Part shown: positions 14,571 through 28,709 of the stretch, piece by piece | Layout of the letters: each line of letters opens with the position of its first letter | How positions within the stretch are numbered: the stretch's first letter is position 1 | Assembly: GCF_009914755.1 (NCBI RefSeq) | Contig: NC_060928.1 | Strand: one strand, 5' to 3' | Origin: the human T2T-CHM13v2.0 reference genome, Homo sapiens | Length of the DNA: 64,000 bases | Made by a program: the position numbers and the translations under genes | The notes under the pieces: model-generated | What the model was told of the DNA's origin: nothing | Seen by the model: the letters and a program-made list of their open reading frames with translations, nothing else | Database searches by the model: none

Positions 14571-14885
14571 TTGGTGAGGTGGGGTGGCTTACACCTATAA
14601 TCCTAGCACTTTGGGAGGCCAAGGCAGACAAATCACTTGAGGCCAGGAGTTTGAGACCAGCCTGGCCAACACGGCAAAACCTGTCTCTACTGAAAATACA
14701 ATTAGCTGGGCAGGGTGGCACATGCCTGTAATCCTAGCTACTCAAGAGGCGAGGCATGAGAATTGCTTGAACCCAGGAGGCAGAGGTTGCAATGAGCCAA
14801 GATGGCACCATTGCATTCCAGCCTGAGTGACAGGGCAAGACTCTGTCTCAAAAACAAAACAAAACAAAACAGAACAAACAAATAG
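14571..14885 (+). mobile_element. Alu (AluS-like)
   Basis: Dimer with (CAAAA)n tail; 16-bp TSD aaaaactaacagaact at 14555-14570 and 14886-14901. Confidence 0.93.
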
Positions 14886-16197
14886 AAAAACTAACAGAAC
14901 TGAAAGAAAATATAGACAAATCTAACTTATAGTTGGAGACTTCAACACTCTTCTTTCAGGATTCAACAGGACAAGTAGAAATCAGTACGGATACAGAAGA
15001 CATGAGCAACGACATCTTCAACCAATTTTACTTAATTGATATTTATAGAACAATACTTAACAACAGAATATGCACTCTTTTCAAATGCACATGGAACATT
15101 AATCAAGGTAGACTATATTCTGAGCCATCGAACAAATTCTCAGTAACTGAAAAGAACTGAAATCATACAGCGTATGTTCCTCAACCACAATGGAATTAAA
15201 CTAGAAATAAACACAAGAAAGACATCTGACAAATCCCCAAATACATGGTAACTAAACAACATATTTCTAAATAATCCATGGGTCAAAAAGCAATTTACAA
15301 GAGAAATTAGAAAACATTTAAATGGGATGAAAATAAAAACAATATATAAAAATGTGTTGGACCCAGCTAAATCAGTGCTTTGAGAAAAATTTGTAGTGCT
15401 AAATGCTTATATTAAAAAGAAAAAAGTTCTTAAATCAATAGTTTAAAGTTTGCACCTTAAGTTACTAAAAAGGAAGATAAATTAAATCTAAATCAAATAG
15501 AAAAAATATAGTATGGAAAGCAAAGATCATAGGAATTGAAAACAGAAAAAGCAATAGAAAAATAAATAAAATCTCTAACCAGACTGGTCCAGAGGGAGAA
15601 AAAGAAGTAAATGCCAGTATCAAGAATGAATGAAGGGACAACTTAGATGAAATAAACAAATTTTGTGAAAGATGCAAACTACCAAAACTCATTAACAAAA
15701 AGATAACCCGAATAGCACTTTATCTGTTAAGGAAACTGAATTCAAAGTTTTACAAAAAAACCTTCCCAGAAACAAAACTCTTGGCCTAAATGGCTTCACT
15801 CATGAGTTCCACCAAACATTTAAGGGTGAAATAATAATTGTATATCATCTTTTCCAGGAAATAGAAGAGGAAAAAACAACTTCAAAACTCATTTTGTCAC
15901 GTAAGCATTACCGTGATGCCACAACTAAACAATATTACAGGCCAATATCCTTTGGGAACATATATGCAAAAAGTCTTAAGAAAATATTTGCAAATGGGAT
16001 CCAGCCATTTATTAAAAGGATAATACATCACAATCTGGTTTATCACAGAAAGGAAACACTATACAATCAGCCAGTGTAATTCACTATACTAACCAACTAA
16101 AAAAGAAAACGCAATTATCTTCAGAAAAAGCATTTGATAAAAGTCAATACCCAATTATGATGAAGACTCTCAACAAACTTCTTATAGAAGGGAACTT

Positions 16198-16569
<372 letters not shown>

Positions 16570-17783
16570 TCAGTACTTGTTAACCTTGTATAGTGCAGTA
16601 AGTCTTCATTTCACAATGCCATTTATGTATAAAGTCCCAAAAAGTCTACAAAAAGGCTGCTAGTAATAATAATTGAGTTTAGCAAGGATGCAGAATACAA
16701 GGTCAATTTACAAAATTCAGCTGTATTTCTATATACTGGCAACAAACAACTGGAATTAAACGTTTTATAACAAGATTAAAAACATGAATTTTTAAAGGAT
16801 AAATTAACAAGATATGTGTAAGAATTGTATGCTAAAAGCTATGGAACATTTGAGAGAAACTAAAAAAGGACTAAATAAGCGGAAAAGACACTATACTAAG
16901 GAATTGGAACATTCAATATTCTTAGTACTTTATTTTTACCCAAAATGATCTACAGATTGAATGCAATCCTAATAAAAAATCTAGAAGGCTTTTTAAAAAT
17001 TAGAAATTAACAGGAAGCAAAAAGCCTAGAACAGCCAAACAATTTTTAAAAAGAAAAATAAAGCTGGAGGATTCACATGACTTTATTACATGATTTACTA
17101 TAAAACCACAGTACTCAAGACTGTGGTACTGATATAAGGATATACTGATTAATTGTGAAGAACAGAGTCTAGAAATAGACCTACACATATATGGCCGATT
17201 GATTTCCAACAAAGATTCCAGGAGACCTCCAGAGAAAAAGTCTTTCTAACAAATGGTGTTAGAAGAATTGGACTTCTACACACAAAAAAATGAACCTTAA
17301 CTCTTACCATGAACTTACAATACATTCTAGACAAAAAATAAGTAGCATTAGCAGCCACAATACAGAAGAATAGTAATAATTCTGTTTGATCCAAGTTGTT
17401 TTTAGAAAACCCATTAACACCATTGGGTCAAAATAAGTAGATAGTCAATTACATAATCTAAATCAGCAGCTTTCAACTTTTCCTGTAAGACAGTCTCTAA
17501 TATATATACACGTACACTATCTATTCACAGATCTCTTGCAACAAACCCACAGTCCCCTCAAGTGACCAGAGCTCACAGGTTGGGAACAACTGGCACATCT
17601 TCATCTTCCTTTCTACCAACAAGACACCAGCAAGTGTTATACATTTAACACTGACTAATCTTAAACCTCTTTTCTTCCTTTTCCTGTACGAAAAATTCAA
17701 CCCTAAATGTAAGAATTCATAATAGTCCTTCATATTTCACTTGAATATTTCATGTGAATGTTTCGATCAAAACGATTTAAAAG

Positions 17784-18078
17784 TTTTTTTTTTCTTTCTT
17801 TGAGACAGAGTCTCACTGTTACCGAGGCTGGAGGGCAGAGCACGATCTCCACTCACTGCAACCTCCAACTCCCTGGTTCAAGATATTCTACTGCCTCAGC
17901 CTCCCAAGTAGCTGGGATTACAGGCACGCACCACCACATCTGACTAATTTTTGTATTTTTAGTAGAGACAGGGTTTTACCATGTTGGCCAGGATGGTCTT
18001 GATCTCCTGACCTCATGATCTGACCGCCTTGGCCTCCCAAAGTGCTGGGATTACAGGCGTGAGCCACCACAACCAACC
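17784..18078 (-). mobile_element. Alu (AluS-like)
   Basis: Full antisense dimer with T tract. Confidence 0.92.
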
Positions 18079-18396
18079 TCAAAAATTTGTATTTTAATTT
18101 GTGTAAGGTAAGCTACATGGTCAATTTGTTATATTAGTGAAACTGCTGAACAAGTCAGAAACTGGGACAGAATTCTAAAAAGATGCCCTAAAGAAGGCAA
18201 TATCTCAAGTTTATAAAGACAATTAAACAATAGGATTGTATGATGATTTGAACAGTTATTAATGTTACTAACGACTTTTAATTACCTTGTCTGTATTTCA
18301 GACAGGTAACACTCAGATTTTAAAATAATTTACTGAGATAGGTCACACTAGATCTATAACTTTCCCAATTTACTGGCCTAATCAAAACTTTTATTT

Positions 18397-18710
18397 TTCT
18401 TTTTTAAATTTTTAAAAATTTCAATAGCTTTAGGGGGTACAAGTAGCTTTTGGTTAAGTGGATGAGTTATATAGTAGTGAAGTCTGGGCTTTTAGTATAC
18501 TTGTCACCCAAAGAGTGTACCATAGGTGATCTTTCATCCCTCGCCTTCCCCCTCAGCCTTCTCCCTTCTAAGTCTCCAATGTCCGTTATGCCACTCTGTA
18601 TGCCTTTGCATACCCATAGCTTAGTTCCCGCTTACAAGTAATAACATGTGGTATTTGGTTTTCCATTCCTGAGTTACTTCACTTAGGATAATGACCTCCA
18701 GTTCCATCCA
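18397..18710 (-). mobile_element. L1PB/L1MA-like 3' fragment
   Basis: Antisense L1 3'UTR; TSD aaaacttttattt at 18384-18396 and 18711-18723. Confidence 0.8.
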
Positions 18711-18759
18711 AAAACTTTTATTTCTTATTATTAATTTTTTTGGTGTTCAGTGTTTTTTA

Positions 18760-19335
18760 TTTTTTTTTATTGCTTACTCCAGTTTTATTTTATTTTTTAT
18801 TTTTTTTATTATAGTTTAAGTTTTAGGGTACATGTGCACATTGTGCAGGTTAGTTACATATGTATACATGTGCCATGCTGGTGCGCTGCACCCACTAACT
18901 CGTCATCTAGCATTAGGTATATCTCCCAATGCTATCCCCTCCCCCACCCCCACCCCACCACAGTCCCCAGAGTGTGATATTCCCCTTCCTGTGTCCATGT
19001 GATCTCATTGTTCAATTCCCACCTATGAGTGAGAATATGTGGTGTTTGGTTTTTTGTTCTTGCGATAGAAATACCATTTGACCCAGCCATCCCATTACTG
19101 GGTATATACCCAAATGACTATAAATCATGCTGCTATAAAGACACATGCACACATATGTTTATTGCGGCATTATTCACAATAGCAAAGACTTGGAACCAAC
19201 CCAAATGTCCAACAATGATAGGCTGGATTAAGAAAATGTGGCACATATACACCATGGAATACTATGCAGCCATAAAAAATGATGAGTTCATGTCCTTTGT
19301 AGGGACATGGATGAAATTGGAAATCATCATTCTCA
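18760..19335 (-). mobile_element. 5'-inverted, truncated young L1 (L1PA2-like)
   Basis: 3'UTR reads ATGCTAGATGACGAGTTAGTGGG (GAG diagnostic, not the Ta ACA); inversion junction at ~19066; TSD tca(g/a)tgtttttta at 18747-18759 and 19333-19345. Confidence 0.9.
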
Positions 19336-19345
19336 ATGTTTTTTA

Positions 19346-20815
19346 ATTTTTAATTTTTATAGGTACATAGTTTGTGTATATACTTATGGGATACCCAAGA
19401 TGTTTTGATACAGGCAAGCAATGCATAATAATACCATGTAAAATCAAGTGTCTACCCCTTCAAGCATTTATCCCTTGTGTTACAATCAAATTATATTTTT
19501 AATTATTTTTAAATGTACAATTATATTAGTGTTGACTATAGTCACCCTGTTGTGCTATCAAATATTAGGTCTTATTCTATCTTGATAATTTTTTTTTGTA
19601 CTCATTAATCATCCCTACCTATACTCCATTCCCTCACCACCCTTCCCAGCCTCTGGGAACCATCCATCCTTCTACTCTCTATCTCCATTAGTTCAATGGT
19701 TTTGATTTTTAGATCCTCACAAGTAAGTGAGAACATGTGATGTTTGTCTGTCTGTGCCTGGTTTATTTCACTTAGCATAATGACCTCTAGTTCTATCCAT
19801 GTTGTTGCAAATAACAGTATCTCATTCTTTTTTATGGCTGAATAGTACTCCATTGTGTATAAGCACCATATTTTCTTTATTCATTCATCTGTTGATGGAT
19901 ACTTAGGTTGCTTCCAAATCTTGGTTATTGTGAACGGTGCTGCCAACAAACTTGGGAGTGCAGATACCTCTTTGATACACTGATTTCCTTTCTTTAGGGT
20001 ATACACCTAGAAGTGGAATTGTTGGATCATATGGCAGCTCATTTTTAGTTTTCTGAGAAGCTTCAAAATTGTTCTCCACAGTGGTTGCACTAATTTATGT
20101 TCCTACCAACAGTGTACAAGAGTTCTCTTTTCTTCACATGCTCACCAGCATTTGGTATTGCTTGCCTTTTGGACATAAGCCATTTTAATTGGAGTGAGAT
20201 GATAGCTCATTGAAGCTTTGATTTGCATTTCTCTGATGATCAATGATGTTGAGTGCCTTTTCATATGCCTGCATGCCATTTGTATGCCTTCTTTTGAGAA
20301 ATGTCTATTCAAATCTTGTGCCCATTTAAAAAATTGGATTATGAGATGTTTTTCCTATAGACCTGCTTGAGCTCCTTACATATTCTGGTTATTAATCCCT
20401 TATCATATGAGTGGTTTGCTAATATTTTCTCCCATTCTGTGGCTTGTCTCTTCAGTTTTTTATTGTTTCCTTTGCTGCGCAGAAGCCTTTTTAACTTGAT
20501 GTGGTCCCATTTGCCCGTTTTTGCTTTGGTTGCCTGTGCTTATGGGGCACTACTCAAGAAATCTTTGTGTAGACCAATGTCTTGGAGAGTTTCCCCAATG
20601 TTTTCTTGTTTCACAGTTTGAGTTCTTAGATTCAAGTCTTTAATTCATTTTGATTTGATTTTTGTATATGGTTAGAGATAAGGTTCTAGTTTCATTCTTC
20701 TGCATATGAATATCCAGTTTTCCCAGCACTATTTATTGAAGAGACTGTCTTCTCCCCAGTGTACGTTCTTGGCACCTTTGTCAAAAATGAGTCCACTGTA
20801 GGTATGTGGATTTGT
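19346..20815 (-). mobile_element. L1MA-like 3' portion
   Basis: Antisense L1 3'UTR and ORF2 C-terminus (ORF 19605..19853, MEYYSAIKKNE). Confidence 0.85.
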
Positions 20816-22419
20816 AAAATCTTTTCTTTTTAAAGTAAATAAGTTAATGCAGTTCAACGGGATGTGTATCCCAGTAAAACTACTGATTTTCTTTTCCTCT
20901 AAATTAAAAAAACTATTTGTCTATTCTAATTTTTATATTGCTCCCACAATAATATGATTTTGTTTGCAGAATTTACTCCTTTCCACTTCCAAAAACTTGC
21001 TTCAAATGATAAATTTTGGATTCACACTTTTTAAAAAATTCCTTTTCTGAAAGTAAGACAATCTAAAAATTAAGCTACTGAAAAATGTTGTCTTATTAGT
21101 CTTGTATAAATGTTTTAAATATAACATGCATGCAATTATAAAGGTCTTTAAAAGTACGAACAATTTAACTCACTTTTGTTTCTGGAAGAGTCCTCAGAAT
21201 AGTGTAGACAAAAGATGCCCAGCAAATACTTAACAATTATTTGAACAAACACATTGAATAGAACTTGGAGAATAGAATTGGACAGGAATTTGAACATAAG
21301 AATAAAATATATTTATTACATTATCCACTGTAAAAAAGCATAGTACATATTCACATACAAAGTAACTTTTAAAATCATAGGCAAGATAAGAATCAGAAGT
21401 TGATACATGCAAGTATATTTTAAAAGCTACAAATGCATACATGTTTTTTAAATGTCCTTCTACTAAATTCACTTTCTATAATTAAAAAAAAATAGCCAAA
21501 TCAGGAGGATAGTTACTACTACTAATTAAACTTAAAAAAAATTTCCTAGGTGTTTTGAAAATAGTTCCTATGTAAATTCACAGTAGATATTCCCTACTCT
21601 AAACCTACCTCAGTTTGTACACCCAGCACCAAACAAATACAAAGCATTATGGGATAAAATTAATAATGCTATGCAAATAAAACAATTCATTTATAAATAA
21701 TAATAAATAGTCACTCCACATCACAGTAACTTAGCATGATTAGAGAATAAATACTTAACTTTGAGAAGGATTACTGACTGGCAGTGTGTTGCTGGTATAT
21801 GTCAGGATTATTCATCACCCTGACAGTAATATTAACCACAATCCATTTCAGTTGCTTCAGTTTATCATTTTCTGACTAATGTTAAAAAACAATGTCTTTG
21901 GAGGCTGCTTGAATTAAGTGTAGAATTAACGTCTGTTAGAGTCATTCAAAAACTTCTATTAGAAGATAACTTCTACAGAAAACCAAATCTGCTATACAGA
22001 GTACTAATGCTTAAAAGATGTAAGTTTCGAAACACAGCCATACAAAATAAATGGACTAATTCTGTTTTAAAAGCAAAACTTCAACAAATCCTGTAAATGC
22101 CTTATAACATCCATATACATATATATTCCTTAAATATATATGCTTCCACTTTCCTGAACTTAGTATTAAATTCTACATAAAGAGTTGCACAGACACATTT
22201 TAAACTAACATGCCACATTGAACACGTAATAATTCAATTTAAAAAGGTCAGTGTACCCATGAAAAATTTTCTTCAGGGTTATATAAATTAAATAGCTACA
22301 CAGTTTGCTACCTAGGATCCTCAAAATTAAGTAATCTGCTAAAGGTCTCTCTACTTATAAATGGTAACAGGAATATACAACTCTATCTAAATCCAAAGAT
22401 TCCCTGCTCTGGTCTAATT

Positions 22420-23220
22420 TTATCTTTCCAGGCTGTTTTCTCCACATCATGTTGATATTCCTTTTAGAAGATATCTGCATTTATAACTCTTCTATTAATT
22501 TTTATACTGCTCTTTCTTGTTTTATGATTATTCACTTTCCATAGCATAATTTTCTTGTTCTATTAATGCAATAGTTTCCCTTTATCTGAAAATATTTATT
22601 CTAGTTTTTTTTTTTTTAAAAAAACACTTCTGTTTCATAAATTGCCTCTGTTTCTTCTGGTTTTGTTTTGATTTTCTATTTGCTTTGGTCTTTGTCATCT
22701 TTCACATTAGAGGTTGTCTTTAAATGTTTGCTAATACTTGGCTGCACCTCCATTTTTAAGAATGAGACACTGAAGAGCTGACTGAGCATATAGACCATAA
22801 GTAGTGATGTGAACTGGTAGACTTCACTGAAGGGAAATCAAGTGGGCTCGAAGTAGAATCCCTAAATGTTTTATTTTTTTAGGTGTTTTCTTTTGAGCCA
22901 GTGAATATGTCCAAAGAGTAATACAATCTTCTGTCTTATGGGGTGGGGATGGTATAAGCTTAGCTGCCGCAGTTCTAATAGCATGACAGCAGAAGGGGTC
23001 TAGGGGCTTTCACGACTTGGTACTTAAAGCTTTCAGTTATAATCCTCCTGTTTTCCATCCTTTACCTTAAACCCTCCTTCTGGTGTGCTTGGTGTTCTCA
23101 TATCAGAAACGTGTCTGGTAAAATTTCTCCAAAAAAGTCAATCTCTTGCTTTTTGACAATACAGAGGGAAGAGTAGTTGGATTTTGGAATGAAGCAGATA
23201 TAAAGCAAGTATTGAATTTA
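22420..23220 (-). mobile_element. Old LINE remnant (HAL1/L1M-like)
   Basis: aaatgtttgctaatacttggctg...tttaagaatgagacactgaagagctga resembles HAL1; highly diverged. Confidence 0.4.
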
Positions 23221-23269
23221 AAATGTTCTTTCAGATTATACCTAAAGTCTACCAGTTGACTGACAGACA

Positions 23270-23460
23270 GATTTGAGATCAAATCCTGAGCTTACCACTT
23301 GGAAAATGTGTGACCTCCCAGAATTCTTTAACCTCACTAAATCTTAGTTTCCTTATCTGTAAAATAAAGACAATAACACATTCCTTACAGGGTTATTGAA
23401 GGAATTAAATGAAACAGCATATGTAAAATGCCTGTCATAGTGGAAAGCACCTATTAGGGC
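23270..23460 (+). mobile_element. MIR
   Basis: Core cttagtttccttatctgtaaaataaagacaataac...cagggttattgaaggaattaaatga. Confidence 0.8.
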
Positions 23461-24156
23461 TTCCCTCACAATCCTACAAATACGTTGGGAACTCTCCCCA
23501 TATCATTTTTATGCTTATTAGACTGCAAACTTTCCAAGGCCAGACAATGTAATTTATATCATAATCTCTAAAATCAATGTGGCATACAACAGCATCCATG
23601 TTTGATGCCAAGATTAAACTATTTTAACATATTATGTCAGCCAATAAAACATATCCAAAACATAATCAAGTATGGGGTAATTTTTAGTTTCTTTCTCTGC
23701 ATTTATATTTTATTTAAACAATTTAAGATCTATTATTTACTGTTGTAGTATCATAAGATGTGTTTCTTTTGGTAAGCTTGAATTCCTTTAGCTTCACTGA
23801 AGCCCAATAAATAGAAAAATGAAGTAAAAGCCATAACACCTAACAAGTTTAAACAATATTCCCCCCACCCCCAAGAGTGTTCTTTTCCCTCTGTGACATC
23901 TAGATGGTATATTGATTCCCAGTGTATCTGTTACAGAGCAGACTAAAAGGACTGGCATTCATCAGAAACAGCACTTAAAACTTAAAGAGATAAAGAAGTG
24001 CTGTCTGATCAACAACAGTTAAATGTCGGTAGTCAATTCCAGGTCAAGATGCATGCTGTATATTAAATGTGTGTGTTAAACAGAAATATCTCACACATAA
24101 AAATATACATCCAAATGGTAGGAGATACATGAAGGAGAGAAAAAAAAATCACTTAC

Positions 24157-24161
24157 TTTTC
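24157..24161 (-). other. Candidate 5-nt microexon (GAAAA) in the LRBA intron
   Basis: Minus strand reads tgtttctgtttctcgctctctctttcag|GAAAA|gtaagt. Motif evidence only; no transcript data. Confidence 0.4.
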
Positions 24162-25299
24162 CTGAAAGAGAGAGCGAGAAACAGAAACATATACTAAGCA
24201 CAAACAGGAGCAACTCAGCAATGAATAACAAATTCACTATGGTTCTGTCACTCAGTTCTCTTCGGTTTTGTCAGAATCTACTCTTTAGAACTATTTGGAT
24301 CCAAACTAGGGCAATGTAAACTGCTAGGTTAACAGAGTGTGAATAGTCTAGCATTGTAACATAGGTTTAAAAACAAAACGAAACAAAACAAACATGATTT
24401 CTTAGAGCTTAGACAAAAATTTAAAATTCAGTTTTAGTCAATTTTCCTCTGATTCCTATGTTGCAAGATAGGAATCAGGAGATCATGGTGCAGGTTCATT
24501 TTCTTCTACTCTTTATTTTCCTGTTTCTGCACTATGGACCAAAATAACAGCTCATTTTGTGGTTACAATCTAAAGATGAAAAACAGATTTTTCTTTACCT
24601 TGTTCCTCAAACTCTCTATTTTCCTTCATTTTAAAAATGTGAGTTGTAATTATTAAAAAGTAAGTATTTGCTTTATCTTGGCCATTCCTGTTTCTCCCAA
24701 ATCTTCAGCTTATTCTTTTACTAGGATAGTAATGACTTCATTTTATTCTTTCACATCTTCAGAAACTAGCAGTCCATGGCATATTACAGTACTCAATTAA
24801 CAACCAATAAATGAATGAACAAATGAATAAGCAGTAACACTGGGGATCCTCTAGTTTTAACCGAACATTCAGCTTTTTTTGTAAAATAGGTTTAATCAAA
24901 AAAGGCTGGAGCATAACCTGGGATAAAGACAACAAGAGTAGGGCAATTTGAAAAGAAAAAAAGCTTTCCTTTTTCAAGCAATAGCATGCTGCTTGTAGGT
25001 ACTAGGTACTTCAGCATGAGAAGTGAAAGGCAACTTCATAAATAACATTAAAACAGAACCAGCAACTGGTGCCAAAAGTGGAAGGCACTATTGGCATATT
25101 ACAGAGTTTCTCAAACTTTCTGGGCCAAAGCTCACGTTAAGAAATATGTTACTTTAAAAAACACACATGTACATACACTCAAACAAATTGAGCAGAAGAT
25201 TTATACAATATGCACAGTGATGGTTTCTTTTTTATGTTATGCTACGGTATCCCATTCATTTTTTAAAAACGCAATTGTGAGCTACAGGTTGAAAACTTA

Positions 25300-25490
25300 G
25301 TGTTCAAATTCTGATTCTACCTACGTGCAACTTGACCTCATGGTGCATTAGTTTCTGCCTCTGTAAAAAACAATAATGTTACCTACTTAAAGGGATTTTG
25401 TGAAGGTTAAAGGAATTACCACACACAAAACACTTAGACAAATGCCTGGCATATAGTAAATGCTCAATAAATATTAGTTAACAATAATAA
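25300..25490 (+). mobile_element. MIR
   Basis: tctgtaaaaa...agggattttgtgaaggttaaa...gcctggcatatagtaaatgctcaataaatattag. Confidence 0.75.
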
Positions 25491-28389
25491 TAAAGTGGAT
25501 GATCCTGTCTTGTGAATTTCATAGCCAAGATAATTGGGTTTTCATTGGCAAGTGGAATAGTTATCAATTGCATTTCAATCCAAGAACATGCTGGTTTTTT
25601 TAAAAGGTACCCAGATTACTATACAAATACATATTATATATTCTAAAATAACTACACTGGTCAACTAGAAGAAACATGATTGCCTCAGATTGTCTTGGTT
25701 TCCCTCTCTCAGAAAATCTGTTTTACACAATCACTTTCCAAAGTAAAGAAAAAATAATAAATCACAGGTACAAAGGAAATCATCCTAATCTACAAAGGAA
25801 GCCCTGGTACTGAAAAACTCAGCCATCATAATTTACTTTTATGGTATGACATTTTGTAAATATATTCCTGCGCTGATTATAAATTCTTATAAAGAAATGT
25901 CAAAAAGAAAATGTTGAATCTTATCTCTTCCAAGGAGGTTGTCAAAATATAAAATCAATGTATGTTTATAAAATATGGATTAATGTCACTCCAAATTCTA
26001 TGCATGGTTAGATCTGTCTTCTCATCAGTCAGAATTTCAGACTACTGATGAAATAACTGGGAAAGTAGAGGGAAAAGAAATCAACCTCAAAATTGATTCC
26101 TATTTTTTTCAGCTTTGAAAGAATAAATTAAACCATTTTATGCTAAATGAGGACTTTTGCAATACAAGAAAAGATTTAATTTTCACCAGTCTTTCAGAAT
26201 AAAATAGATTTGATCTTCTCAATGTACTTATGATACTAATTTGGAATGATTATAAAGAGATATATTGTACATGGAATAAAAGCTTATACATTTAAAAAGA
26301 CATTTTTTACACTGCTCCATTCAGACTTTTTTTTTCTTAAAAGAAGATCAGAAAAATAATACAGAAGAAAGGATGCTGATTACATTAATTCAGCTTCAGA
26401 AAGAGAATTCCCAGTGCAACATGGAAGAGATTACCAAATAAAATTGTAGCTTTGTATCAAAGGTACTAAAAGTCCTCTGAAAAACAGCTTTGGCAAAATT
26501 AAATAGATATAAATATGCATAAATAATTCAATACATTTTAAAGCCAGTCAGGCAATATTATCCACTTAAGAACGGAGATAAGATCTGTTTGTATTCTACA
26601 TTAAGCTATGCATACAATGTTTTCTAAGATTTCACAAGTTTATTTAAACAAACAGTAATGTTTACAAAATGTATACTATGGGACAAATTTTAATACAATT
26701 CTATTATAATCATTATTTGTACAGATAGAGCTCATTTATATATGAGATGTATTCTTGAAAATGTGTGTATAAACAAATATTTGAAAACTGAATCACACTG
26801 TAAACATTTTGGCAAGCCTTAATACTAAAAGGAATGAGGTACTTTTACTAAGTAAACAATCACCGCTATTTTATATGTGCAAAGTACAATTTTCAAATAT
26901 CTGATGTGCTTGATTATTTCACTAAATGCAGTTGATTCCAAACTCACTTATTTCATCAATATTTAATGAAAGCAATTAGTACTAGTAGAATTCCATTCTC
27001 ATGAACCTGAATGACTTTTGTAGCATTCACACTACCATTGGTTTATAGGAAAGGAGATATTAGTTGTAAGGCGGTAGAATGTTAGAGCTCCTCACTTCTC
27101 CCCAGACCTACTAATTACACTACTGTTCATTATTCAACTGTGTGCCCTTCAGTTCTTGTTGAAAGCACTTTTTATAACTATTCCTTCCTCAGCCAAAAGG
27201 GCAAATATTTCACAAAATTTCTAAAAATATAAAAATGAATGCCATTACAATTGAAGTCACAAAATTACACAAATGACATTTCTTATGTCTTTGTTCAGTG
27301 GATGTGGACATATTTGGATAGAGGTTAATGAAAGCAACAGTTTTGTTTTGTTTTGCAGCCCCCCCTTTTTTACTTTTAATGTAGCAAAATAAAAAAGCAA
27401 AATTACTATTGATCATCTACTGGGGCATAAGGTAACCTTATTTCTCATATCCTGAAGAAAAGGCATTAGTTAAAATAATATTTTACCCACCCAACAAAAG
27501 TATTTCACAAGTTCCTTAGGTACAGCTGTAATATACAAATAAAATTTGATTTTAATAAAGGATTCTGTTTAGCTGGCCACTAATCTACAATAGCATTTTT
27601 CTGATATAATTTCAATGAACATTCATAATAAAAATCATACAGCCTACATAATAAAAATGTCCTGGAGGCTTCCTTCTGGTCATTTAACATTTTTAGTAGA
27701 ATAGGTAACAAAGATGAGGGGCAGAGAATGGAGGCAGTTGGTAAAAAAGGGTGGTGTTAGGATGAGGTAAAAGGGTTATGAGAACTTTTGGTCAGGTACA
27801 AAGATGGAGGAAGAGAAAAACATATCCTCAAAAAAAAAAAAATAACCTCCCACTTGTCACCATTAGGTACTGTTTCATCAAGACTGAATCATGAGTCCAG
27901 CCCGAGTCCAGCCCACAATCCATCTTAGTACTCATCACATCTTAAAGAGATTTCTAAAAACTCATCTAAAGCACAAAAAACATCTGAATAAGCTATGTGC
28001 TGAAATAGAGTCCAAACTGTGGATTCAGCCCTGAAACAGAAGGCAAGGCAATACTTCTAGGACCCTAGAACACGTATTCATATATATGTCATTCATTTTG
28101 TGAAGCAAATTTTATATTCTAACAAAATCAACCCCCCAAAAATGATATTTTTACTTTTGCAAACACAAAATTCAAACCATAGAGAGAGAGTAGGGTATAA
28201 TAGCCTGAGGATTAAAGAGCTGCCCAGTTTTTATTATTGACCTACTGCATGGCTCATTACACAAGTCAAACTAATACAGTCCTCATTTATTAGACTACAG
28301 AGCTCTACAGATTCCATAATACTATGGGGTCTTAGAACAAATATGATACCGAGGTGTAAGGCCTTCCTTTTCTTTTCAATTTTTTTTAA

Positions 28390-28690
28390 ACCAACCATTT
28401 ATCATTCCTCATGGTCAATGGGTCAATTGGGAAATTCTGCTGATCTGGGCCTGGCTTTGTTGCTCTTAGTTGGACTCCTTCATACGTTTGTGGTCAGCTG
28501 GCAGGTCAGCTGAGGACTAGCTTGTTAAGGATGACCTAAGCTGTCACAGCTCAAGTGTCCTCCATGTGTCAGTCACAACCCATCAGCAGGTTAACTTGGG
28601 AATGTTTAGGGCATATTCTCAAAGTGATCACAGAGAAGCAAGAGCAGAAACACACAAGCACTTTTTCAAATTGTTTCTAGTTTGCTAACT
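28390..28690 (-). mobile_element. Old MLT1 LTR fragment
   Basis: ctgctgatctgggcctggc...gtggtcagctggcaggtcagctg is typical of old MLT1 elements. Confidence 0.6.
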
Positions 28691-28709
28691 TTTTTTTTCT
28701 TGCTGGTTT

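Noticed and set aside
27893-27914. Short tandem duplication gagtccagccc x2
   Set aside because: Ordinary slippage duplication with no further structure.
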